A DNA stretch of 64,000 nucleotides from Trichodelitschia bisporula (taxonomy: Eukaryota). The DNA lies in NCBI GenBank assembly GCA_010356995.1, contig ML996700.1, positions 620,001 through 684,000 on the forward strand. Direction: 5' to 3'. Within the stretch, counting starts at the first letter, position 1. Each line of letters opens with the position of its first letter. Shown here in pieces: positions 46,811 to 57,775 of the stretch. The notes beneath the pieces are model-generated. The model worked only from the letters and a program-made list of their open reading frames with translations, was not told the DNA's origin and did no database searches. The position numbers were made by a program, and so were the translations under genes.

Positions 46811-47453
46811 TCAAGCAATTTGCTCTCAACCCTGGTTACTGCGAAAACGTTGTGGTGGGCCCACACAATCAAGTACACTAGAGGCCAATATTCACCAACC
46901 TCCGTTGCCACTAGCCTGCTCCCCAGATCATTCGTCTCCAAATTTTCAGTTGCCATCAAGGGCCCCGACAACCAATTACAGCGCTATTGCCCCTGCTCCC
47001 AGTCTACTGCCGAACGCCGGCCCACGCTCAATCCTCGTCAGAGCGAAGCCTGTCTGCAAGTCTGTAGGGACACTGCGAGAACAAGAAGTTAGTACCGCTC
47101 ATCACTCCGCACTTCACGAACATCTCTTCCCATCTGCACCATACTCTGGTCCACGGGGTCCATACCAATTATCACTTTCCAAACGCACGTCACCACGCTC
47201 GATATCTCCTCCAGATCCGCATCTGAATCCCAAGCTCAAAGGACCCATTCGGGAGTCGGAGTGGCGGCTAAACCAAGACGACTCGTCTGCCCCACGTCTG
47301 CACACACGAATTTGGGAAGTTCTGAAGTAAACATTTAGCTTAAGTATCTGGGTTCCCGCCACCAAGCCCGACACCACCCCACTACGATCAACTACTACGA
47401 ACTTGTCCTTAGCTTGTGCGTCGAAGTCATCGCTTGCACCCGGCGGTAACCTT

Positions 47454-49171
47454 ATGCCTGCGTCAAAATACGCGCCTCTCAACCCCGCGCACTTGGCCAA
47501 CACCAACCCTAGCACCACCCGTTCCATGCATCAAAACGGTCACCAGCCGCCCATGGATAACAGACAGACGGAATATCCGCCCCCAGGTTTGACTTCACCT
47601 TATCCACCATTCCCCGATCAGCAGTCTGAAGGCCATTCTACAGATCCGGCGTCTGCGCAGTACCCGCAGGCGCAAGACTCGCGCGCCCCGGCGAATTTCT
47701 CCTCCTCTGCCACGCCCACGTCCGAGTACGGGATGCCTCCTTCGTCAGCTCGCTCAGGTTCCTTCAACGACTATATGCGTCCCTACGCATCGCCTGCTGG
47801 GCCCGGAGCGCCTGGAGGTCCTATGCCTCAATCAAATAGTCCGTCTCTGCCTTTGCGGCCTGATGGTCAAGCAAACAACCATGAAACACATAACATGAAG
47901 TCTGACACCGAAGTTCCCATAGACCCTTCAATCGCCTCCGCGAGTCCGACATACACGGCGCCCCACGTTTACCCCCCGTACCAAAATCCTCACGAAATGC
48001 AACAGCACTACGGCCCGCCTCCGCATCCTGTAGTGTACAGTCGTCCTGAGTGGGCACCTGGCAGCTTCCAGTCGCCGCATATGCAACAACATTATCACCC
48101 GGCTACGACTGGCCCTCCTACGCCGAGCATGGTTTCTCCGGGCCACCGGCCGCCGGTGAGTGTATGAGAAACCTACAAACGATCTGTCGCCTTTTTGCGC
48201 CTCTAACATGGATACTCTAAGCAGAATAGTCACCCTCTCTCGACCGTTTACTCGTTCGTTCCCATTCCCGGCACAACGCAACATAAGCGGCCCCGTCGCC
48301 GGTACGAAGAAATTGAGCGCATGTACAAGTGCGGCTTCAATGGCTGCGAGAAAGCTTACGGTACTCTCAATCACCTGAACGCGCATGTTACGATGCAGTC
48401 CCATGGCGCAAAGCGGACCCCCGAAGGTGAGTCAGCCATATACGTTTCCCTGCGCGTGCGCACGTGTAGCACTTGTTAGATCGTTTTCGGCCGACGAGCC
48501 GACCAGTCCTCCCGCCGCTTGTCTTGGACCAGCCGAAGCCCATCACCTGTTTTTTGTTCCTGAGCGTTCTTGAACTTAGCCGCGCTGGGTGGAACGGGAG
48601 CTAGTTCAGCGTGTTCCCCCACAAACGTGGCGGTAGCCCACTTGCACAAGAGCTTGTATACTAACTTCATGCTTGCTAGAATTCAAGGAGATTCGGAAGG
48701 AGTGGAAGGCTAAGAAGAAGGAGGAGGAGGCACTCCGGAAGGCTGAGGAGGAGCGGCTGCGCCAGCAGGGCGAAGCACGTGGCGCGACGGACTCATCTGA
48801 TGGCCCTGCTCAAGGCTATGGACAGATGCGCTCAACGCTTGGTCCGCCGCCTTCGATGGGTGGCCCGCAATTACCCCCAATCACCTCTGCGTACGGTCCA
48901 AGTGGTCAGTCCTACACGGCGGGCACGAGTGCTCAGACGCAACAACAGTACGCGACGACGGCTTCAATGGACGGCATGGGACAGTATGCGCCTACTTCCA
49001 ACCATGTCTCCGGGAATGGCGGTAACAGTTACAGTAGCTATCCCCCGCCCGCCTACGGACAAGGTGGCAACGTCTACCAGCCTCCTCCTCCCCGTAAGGC
49101 TCCCTTTCCTTGATGATAGATGTGGTTAACACGATGCAGAGGATGAGAAATACAACAATTACCAGCAGTAG
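47454..49171 (+). CDS. CON7: single C2H2 zinc-finger transcription factor of the Con7/Vta2 family; introns 48156-48224, 48427-48679, probably 49094-49139
   Basis: VYSFVPIPG..HKRPRRRYEEIERMYKCGFNGCEKAYGTLNHLNAHVTMQSHGAKRTPE|EFKEIRKEWK. Start could be ATG 47454 or 47526. The last intron gives PQDEKYNNYQQ*; unspliced, the stop is at 49113. Confidence 0.88.
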
Positions 49172-52100
49172 ATGTGGTCTAGACGTGTTTGTCAACCCAT
49201 TTCGCTGTTTGCTCGTTGGCTACGGATGCAAGACCTCGCAATTGGAGTATACCCCTGATACTCGGACTTTAGTGAAAACTCACCGAAATTTATCAGTGTC
49301 GGGGTGGGTGGCACTTTAACTTTGCGCGTTAGGTTCAATTGCATTGTTGTGGCACAGAAGGGTTGCTCTTTTTTCGTCCCTTGGCTGTGTACCATGTCCT
49401 TTTGTCTATCGCCTTGCTTGTTTGTGCTCTCCTCGCGCTACGCTTTCCTTGTTCTTGCATTTTCAGCGGATAGGGGTGCCGGTAATCGGCTGGGTCCAAG
49501 GTGTTTGGGGACTGGGGGTTGGGGGGGCGGATCGGTGAAAACGAAAGGGGATTCTACGATTCCACGACCGTATTCATACGTGTCTACGGCCTACATAATT
49601 TGGGATTTTGGGGTAGACTGGAAGGGTTGGGGAAAGGAGGGGAATTCAGCGAACAAGTTGTCAGAGGCCTGTTTTCTTCTCGGGACTTTTCCCGCAAGTT
49701 GCAATGAACCATTCTTGTTCGCGATGTTGTATTGGCTTGGGTCCCGAGATAACCAAACAAGGGAGGTCAATGGTCAGGTTGTACTCTTTTTTCTCATTCT
49801 TTTGAACGCGGAACTGCTCGCTTTTCTTTCATCTTCTCCCTTTGTCCCGATGCTTCACGTTGACGATTCGGGTGGCTAGGCAACGCTGTGGTTACAACAG
49901 CTCACCGGCCCTCAATCCTCGTCGCTTGTACAATAACTAAAATCCGCTACGGGAGAAAATCGAGATTCGAGAATGAAAGCGATGGAACGCCCAACGCAAA
50001 GAACTGCCGCCTGTGTCCGACATCCTCTTGTCCCTCCCTCCCAATCGCCCTTCCCTTGTGTGTCCGCTCGTCCCTCCGTCTCTCACCTCACACAGCCAGC
50101 CCCTCCACCGGTGTCCAAGTCATGGATCTGGGTTCTTGAATGCACCACCGAGCTTCTCCGTCCCTTCGCACCCGTACGACCGCGACGTGGCGCCGGTGTC
50201 GCCCTGTGAAGCCCACATGACACCGCGGCCTCCGCTTCGGAGAGCAACTGGTGCCGGCGCCGTGAGTTTCGCGCGGTATAGACTAGGATCACTATGGCTG
50301 TGTGTGCCCTGCGCATGGGATTCTCGCCATCGCGGGGGCACTCATGCGTGCTACGGCATACTCGCCCGGTGTATACGGCGTTCTGTCCGATGTGTGGCGT
50401 GAGAGCGCGATGGGCGCCGGACGGGGTTGCCTAGTCATAGAGCCGGTGCTATGGCCCTGGCGATCGCGATTCTAGTAAGGACAGGGCGATGAGTCCGGCG
50501 ATGGGGCCCACGATCTGGCGCGGGGATCGTGGTGCAGTTGACTAACCTTAGTTCTATGATGTAGTGAGAGACGGCGCGATCCCCGGCGTGGATTCTCCGC
50601 GCCGGTGCCGGCGCTGCTTCTAGAGGGACGCGTAGGGCTGGGACTAAGGGAGCTAAAGGGCTGGTGCGCGGACGGGCCACTTCAGGCATCGCGTGGCATG
50701 TACGGATGTATACGGTACGTACGTAGTATATCTCCTTGCGCTCGTCCGTCATGGCTATCGCGGTATTCCGCATCGTCGTCCCTATCATCACTCCCACTCC
50801 CTACTGCACCGAACAGCCGTACCCCCCCCCCGCACAACGGAACTTGAAACACGGCCCTCACACCGGGGCCACCGCGGAGACAAGAACGCGAGGCCGGCAA
50901 TAAGGTACGCGGCTTTTGGGCCGGAGCGCGCGTACCGCCCGGGCATGACCTCGTGCCACGGCGGGCTGCGCACTGCATGGGAAATGAGCGGACTGGAGAG
51001 GGGATTCTGGACCGAAGGCGTACTGCTGCCCCGCGGTGGTAAAGCGGGACGGCGCTTTTGAGTAGGGCCGCGGAGGCGTTGAGGGCGCGTTTTGAGGCGG
51101 GGTGGGGTGGTTCGGCTCGGGGGATGTGGTGCCGATGCGAAATACGGGACTCGGATCTGCCGAAGAGCAATACGGCGTGGTAACACCCCGAGGTTCAATC
51201 GTAAGAATTGCTATTGCTATCACTTCTCCCTCCAAATCGCCATCGCAGTATCACAGTGTTAACACACCCCAGACACCCTCCCCACACACCCCCGCCGCGC
51301 CCACCCTGCAGCTCCCTCACACAGGCAGCCGGCGCCACAGCCCGTTTGACGGGTTGGTTACACAGCATGAAAGCGGGCGCGCGCCGTGCGGGCGCGGACG
51401 GACTGAGGGTTCGCGGGGCCCGGGCGTTTTTTTTGTGAGACGTGGGCGTTGTGGGCGGCCAATCAGGGCGAGGGCATTCGCTGCCTTGGGGGGAGGGGGA
51501 TTTAGCAAGAGGGGAGAGGGGGGTACTGTGTACGCAACTTAAGTTGCTTACACAGTGCGGTGGGCGGGTACGGCGGCCGTGGGGCCTTGGCCTACTATGG
51601 GTACAGTGTACTTTGCTGGGCTTTGCTGGGGTGGGGAGCTGGAAGGGGCACGAGGGGTGTGTGAGGGAGGGGGATGCATGCGGTGCCCGCAAGCTGCAGA
51701 TGGAGATGGAGATCTGGAGGTCGGTTGGGCGAGGGAGGGGTAAGGGGAGGGCGGGGGCGGTAGGGCAAGGCAGCCTGACCGAGCGCTGAGTGGCCCCCCC
51801 GCGTCGCCTGCAGCGCGTGGGGCGCGGGGGCGCCGGGCTCCGGGCGATCAAGCCCTATCAGCGAGTGGGAATATGGCCGTGAGGGCTGGGAATAGGGCCG
51901 CGGGGTGATATGGCTATTTCGCATTGCTCAGGAGGGAGAAGGGTTGGTTAAGCGGGTTGCGCTGCAGATACGGTGCTGTCGGCGAGGCCGGCGTGGCGGC
52001 GTGGTTGGGCGTGCGGCGTGAAGGAGGAGCGTGGGAAAGAGGAGGAGCGGAGTACCGGCCTGCCTGTGAGGCCGGGCTGCGTCTGCGGCGAGGCGGGGTC

Positions 52101-54952
52101 GTTGTCCATGCGGTGTGCCTGGTGGTTCGGGATGCCGAATGGGAAGGGGATCGGGAGGGGCCACGAGCGCCGTTGGGGGGGGACGGAGATCGGGTGGGTG
52201 CAGGCGAGGGGGTGATGGGAGGTTTAGGATGCGATGCTCGTGTGTCGGCGTCTGTGTGTCGAGGAACGCGAGTGTGGAAGGCGGAATTAGGCAGTGGGCC
52301 TAACAGCGGTCCGGTCCGGTGAAGGGGGTGGGGCAATTTTCTCCTGGACTCCTTCTGAATCCTTCGACTAGGGAGGATACGGCGAGGGGACCGGCTGGCA
52401 GGGACGCGCTACGTGATTTCACGGGGATGGTGGCGTGGTGAGATTTTGAGCCAAAGGGAAAGTAGGTACGAGCGGATAGGGAGGGACCTCCCTGCCGGGG
52501 TGTGTCTGGTGCTGATGTTGCATTTCAGTTGAGGGTTACGCGAGCGGGCGTTGCTGGCTCCTTCGTCCATTCCTTTCCTCTTGGTGCCGTGGTCCATTGC
52601 CTGCTTCCTGCAGGCCTGCTGGAGGTCACTGGGCTTTGTTCGGTGCTTTCCGAGTGGGAGAGAGCGCTTGCTGCAATGCTGCAGTGCTGTGTTTGTCGGA
52701 GGAAGGTGCCGAGTGCTTGGAACGGTTCAAACTGCTTGTTTGGCAATTGTTGCGACCTCATACTGACCTGTGCTCCTTCGGCGATAGGGCCTAGCGTTCA
52801 GTGGCGCTGCGGGCTGCTGTACCGGCATTGTAATCTCACCCGAACAAGCGAACGAGCCTTGGACCTTCTGACGGCTCACCTATCTTCGGTTTCGGGAAGC
52901 GGATGGGTGCAGCGCAGAGTGGTGGATCATGACGTTCCGTCGGCTGATGCTTCGTGCTGCCGCTGTCAATCCCGTCATCCCTCAATCTCCGGGAGTGAGT
53001 GGTTGATTTGGGAATTCGTCTCCGGCAGGCCCACACGCGAGCCGACCTGAGACAGCGATAGTATGCGATGTTTACGGTTTACGCTTGTTTGTCTCGCACT
53101 CCATCGATCTGTGGATCCCGTTGGGGAAGGAGGTTACGCCGGATGTTTAACCCTCGCTCCTCGTGTCATACCGCCGACGGTCGCACGAGAAGAGGGGAAC
53201 TTGCATGAACTACAGTTCGTCTGGCCCCGTGGTGTGGGGAGGGCAATCTTGTCCTTTCGCCCTTTCCCCATCCAATTGCATGCCGCCCTTCAAATTGGAA
53301 TAGTTGGCACAGGACTTGCTGCCCAAGTGCCACGATCCAATCCCGAGCTACTGGAGCGAAGCAACTCAGCACAACACCAATTGCGCTCGCAAATCAAGCG
53401 CAATCTTGACTCTGGTCGCAGAAAATACTACGGAGGCACCGCGGCCCCGCAGCTGAGACCTCAGCCCAGCGCTGGTGAACCAGCCCAGCCCGCGCGTTCC
53501 TGCGCCGCAGCGCGCGACGGGCGACCAGGCCGCTGTAGGCTTGATTTTTCCCAAGGATCGCTGCCCCTCCCGATCAACTGGCGGGCGACGGGCGACTCCT
53601 CCGTCACTGGCGGACAGTGCGTCTGCGTGTGGTGGAATCAGGACGCATGTCTTCACAGCAACAGCAATCCAGTCCAGTACGAGAGATTCGGATGTGGAAG
53701 GTGAAGGTGAAAGCATGCAGCTCGTCGCTGTCTCCGGCAACGGGAGGCTACTGCTCCCAGCGTGGTGCTGATGCTGGCCCTAGGCCGGACTAGTCTGAGG
53801 ATCCGCCCGAGTGCGGGATCGGGCGCCGGGTGCTAGAATGGTGAGACATGGGATAGATAGTGGGAGGCGTTGTCGGGGGAGACGTCGGTACGTACCTACC
53901 GTACGGTAGCAAGCTAACTAGCAGCTGGCGTCGGCGACATCCGATCCCGCGGGCTATCCGCAAGCGTGGTGCGCACGCCGAGCGGGAAGCGGGCCGGGCC
54001 ATGGAGACGGTCTCGCACGCGGTTACTAGCCGCCCGGCCAACTATGGTCGGCGCGTGCAGAAAGTTTGGAACGGGTCCTGTGGGGTTAAGGTTAGGAGTG
54101 GAGCTGGAACGTGGAAAGTGAGGTTCGCGCTGTGGAGTGCGGTCCACCTTCTAGACTGCGCCGGCGCATTGTTCGTCGCTGATCTAGCGGGTAAGGCTGA
54201 GGGGCCTGGTGGGGTAGGAACCTTCTAGCGCTGTTCTGACGTTCTTTGCTCGCGCACGCTATCACGGCACTAGATCGGGTGCCGGCGAGCGGCTAGGCGT
54301 GTGCGCGAAGGCATGGCTGCGACGCAAGATGCGCCTAGTTTCTAGTTCTAGTCCTAGGACGCTGTGCACCAAGGGCTTGGGCCGCTCGTCCTAGTTCTAG
54401 TTCTAGTGTCCGACATCCGGGCCGAAGCAGTGTACGATGCCGCACTCGTGAATGGCGTGAAAGGATGCCATTGCCGACCGAGTATGTCGGCTCTAAAGGT
54501 GAGTTGCTCCGTTCTACATGTCGCCACACCGAGCTTGCTATTGGACGAGCTGCCTCCTACGTCGAGCTCAGCTGGCAATCTATCAGAAGCGAGTCAACAA
54601 TGTTGCTACGTACTAGTTCTAGCTGTTTTTATGCCCGGTCTGCCCGTTCTCCTCCCTCGCAGCTAAGAGGATACTTATGCCCAGTAGGAGGGGCGCCACG
54701 ACTTTTTGCGCCAGTCCTTTAGTTCCAATTCTAGGCCAGCGAAATGCCTGCTGGAACATAAAACAGCACGTATGGATGTGCGGGAAGGCCCTTACACCAA
54801 CACCATTAGCAATAGTCTACAGCACAGCATCAAGTAACTCCATCATGCCCACCTCCTACGCCTCCTACACCGGAATCACACGTCAGTCAGACTGATCGCT
54901 TTAAGACTCGGGCGGATCGCTTTCAGACTGACTCCAGAGTGCCCTTGGTGGT

Positions 54953-57324
54953 CTAGAGCTCCGCCTTCGTCGTATCGAGCTCCGTATTGGTGCTTTCAAG
55001 CGTCGTCTTGGTAGCTCCAAGCTCTGTCTTCGTCGCCTCAAGCTGAGCCTCAAGCTGGCCCTTGACACGGCCGTATCCCGCCTGTAAGTCCGCAAGCCTG
55101 CCCTCAAGCTCGGCTTTCAGCGCCTCAATCGCCGCCGTATGGTCGGCAATGAGCTTCTCCTCAACAGCCTTGAACGCCGCCTCCTGATCACGAAGCTTGG
55201 CCTCATACTCTTCCTTTGTGGAATCGTTGTCATCGTCGGACTGGTCACATTTCTCCTCGGGCTGATCGCATTCCTCCTCGGGCTGATCGCATTCCTCTTC
55301 GGACCGATCGCTTTCATACTCGGAATGATCGCTTTCAGGCTCGGGCATACTATCTGCATCCGCTATCAGCATCGACATACACCGAGTAATCCGGAGACCA
55401 ATACCTGCGCAGAGATGGACATAGAGTCTACCCCGGATTTCACGGTTCAAAGCCCGGCGAGTGGTATCTCTCTCGGGTTTCGAGAAGTGGTTCGTACGGC
55501 CTAATTCAATATGAATGCGCAGGCCACGGTTGCCTGGAGCAAGAGTCTTGATGTAACCCATGGATCCGTCGGAGGTGAAATCGGCCCGTGACTCAAAGGC
55601 AAGTTTTCTTAAATATTTCAGTTTGCTGATAGACTTTAATGTGCCATCGTTAAACATGGATCCCCAGATGAGTAGCTCCTCCAGAAGCGGAAGGTTTGTA
55701 GCGATCGCTTCGATCATCTCGTTGGAAAAGTACTTTGAAATGCGCTGGAGGCTCAATTCTCGGAGTTGAGTGAGCTGGCAAACTGCGTGCGTGAACACTT
55801 TATCTTTATGGCCATCCACTTTTAGAGGGTTGCTAGTAAGCGAGAGGCGTTGGAGAGAGGTTTGATTTGCCAAACCGTCAAACAGCAATGGCAAGTCGCA
55901 GTTCTCCAGCTGGTGGTCGAGGAGGCGTATGGCTTCCTCTTCTAAGACTGGTGCAACCATCGCGGAAGTGCAGCCCTGGTCACATAAATGAAGGGTACTG
56001 AGATTACTGCACTTCTACAGCCAGGACGTGATCTCTACGCAGGTACTCGATAAGTCTTCGCAGTATTGGGGCCAGAAGTGGAGGCTAAGTTGAAGAGCTC
56101 TCGGAGTCGTGCAGCCCGTGAGATGCTTGAGGGCGGGAAACGTTTCGGAACGGACCACTAATTCTAGTTCCCGTAGAGACTCTTTGTGAAGGGCCAAAGC
56201 AGGGAAGCTCTGAGTCCCCAAACTTGTGGGCGCGATCAGTGAACGGAAGCGGTTCTCTGGAAGGGCCGCAAGTAACTGAGCCAAGTTTTTGTCCAGAACT
56301 GGAGAATGACTAGAGAGGTTAGCTGGTCGTCTTATCGATGATGGAACAGAAAACGGGGCTTCGGATGCGAGATAACGGGGACCACCACGTCTACCGCAGC
56401 CGCAGCCGTAGCTTATACTCACTATTTGGGCAAGATCAGCGCCTCCAGTTTCGGGCAGAACTTGCCAATGATGGCCGGTATCCTCTCATCATCCAAGGAG
56501 CTGTCGTCACAAACTTGAATCTCACGCAGATTTGGCAGTTGGGGGAGCCAGGTGACAAGATATTCGGCTTTGACTGCATCGCGTTAATCTCCCAGGCGAC
56601 AGGGAATGAAAATATATTTACCCTGGCTAGGCACCCACAAACATTCCAATATAGGACATGCTTGCATCACTGCTACTGCGAGTTAGCTAAGTGAAGGACT
56701 CGCGCTAGAACAGTCATTGGAGGCTCACATTCGCCAACGGCCCTAAGGACCATTGTGACGTCGTAATACGGCTTGAGGAAAGGGATTGGGCCTTCGATGT
56801 TCCTCGCATATGGGAGAGATCACCGGAGAAAAGGTCTCTAACTATCGTTAATGCGGCCACAACTCAAAATGAACGGCTTGAAAATACCTGGATATCGATG
56901 TTCCTTGAAATCCATAGCCGTGAAGCATATGCGCGAGACTGTCCCGATTGAGAGTTGTGATGTGTTTAGAATACGGGAACATCGTCTTCCCCATGCTCGA
57001 GAGAACAATGGACCGCCAAAGGATGGCCCATTTCTGGACGATCTAGGGCTTCTTGCGACGCAAGGCCCAAGACTTTCTGTCATCCCGGTGAAGTGGCGAG
57101 AGATGGTGGGCGCTGATAATAGTGAGCCGATGACTAGCGACTAACGGGGTGCTCTTTTGCAGTCTTCAACGTACCGATAGAGATACTTCGTAGTAGCAAG
57201 TGCCCAGCCCCGTGAGACGCAGCAGCATTTGAAGAGCGTGTTGAAATACTGCCTTTCCGACAGAACTTCGTACAGGACAAAGACAACGTCTAGAGACAAA
57301 GACAACGCCTAGAGGCAAAGACAT
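54953..57324 (-). pseudogene. disrupted F-box-like/LRR (RNI-like) gene, copy 1, with acidic-repeat and coiled-coil tail
   Basis: LPLDVVFVLYEVL..FNTLFKCCCVSRGW; WRSIVLSSMGKTMFPY; LxxLxL repeats; 19-bp frameshifting duplication at 57277-57314; in-frame TAG at 56015-56017. Confidence 0.75.
55240..55340 (-). repeat. 21-bp coding tandem repeat (EECDQPE-like)
   Basis: ctcgggctgatcgcattcctc repeated, with diverged flanking copies. Confidence 0.85.
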
Positions 57325-57679
57325 GTCGAATTGATGCCGAAAAGGATCGGCGAGTCAAGCTACCTATGTGCAGTGCTACCCCGTGGGCAGAGGATATGGC
57401 GAAGAAAGGAAGTGATAGAAGCGGTGGAGAGGTGATTGTAGGATTTTGCGAGTGACAACAGAAATGTTCGCTGATTAAATACGGTGACGCTGAAGGCAGT
57501 AGAGACGTGTCGTCTCTGGAGGACATGTTGGTGAGTCAATGGTGACGCGCGGCCAGTGATGAGGCTCGGGTCCTACTGGCAACTCTTTCGAAGGTACCTA
57601 ATGCATAAGCTCATTTAGCGTACCTAGTTATATTCCAGAGATAAAAACGTCTGGATAGCCTCGTTTGCTCTAGGGCAGG

Positions 57680-57685
57680 ACGCGT
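57680..57685. promoter_or_regulatory. MCB element (ACGCGT) upstream of RAD9
   Basis: ACGCGT about 90 bp before the ATG, with an adjacent TCGCG half-site; typical of DNA replication and repair genes. Confidence 0.5.
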
Positions 57686-57775
57686 CTTCGTCGCGGCTTA
57701 CACTTCCCCGATGCCCCGCCCTGACCCCTTCTCCGCTCAGGCAACAGCTCCAACAAACTGCCAACGCCTCTGAGA

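Larger units (their letters stand above)
44595..47453 (+). promoter_or_regulatory. putative very long AUG-free 5' leader of CON7
   Basis: No ATG found on the + strand between 44592 and 47454 by manual scan; a pyrimidine-rich tract lies just upstream (44480-44570). Confidence 0.6.

Noticed and set aside
49300..54900. ORFs downstream of CON7 (e.g. 51195-51851, 53063-53704)
   Set aside because: Low-complexity products of GC-skewed DNA; no domain recognised.
56015..56017. Premature TAG as an A-to-I editing-corrected (TAG to TGG) stop
   Set aside because: The paralog has Gln, not Trp, at this site, and the gene has an independent frameshift.
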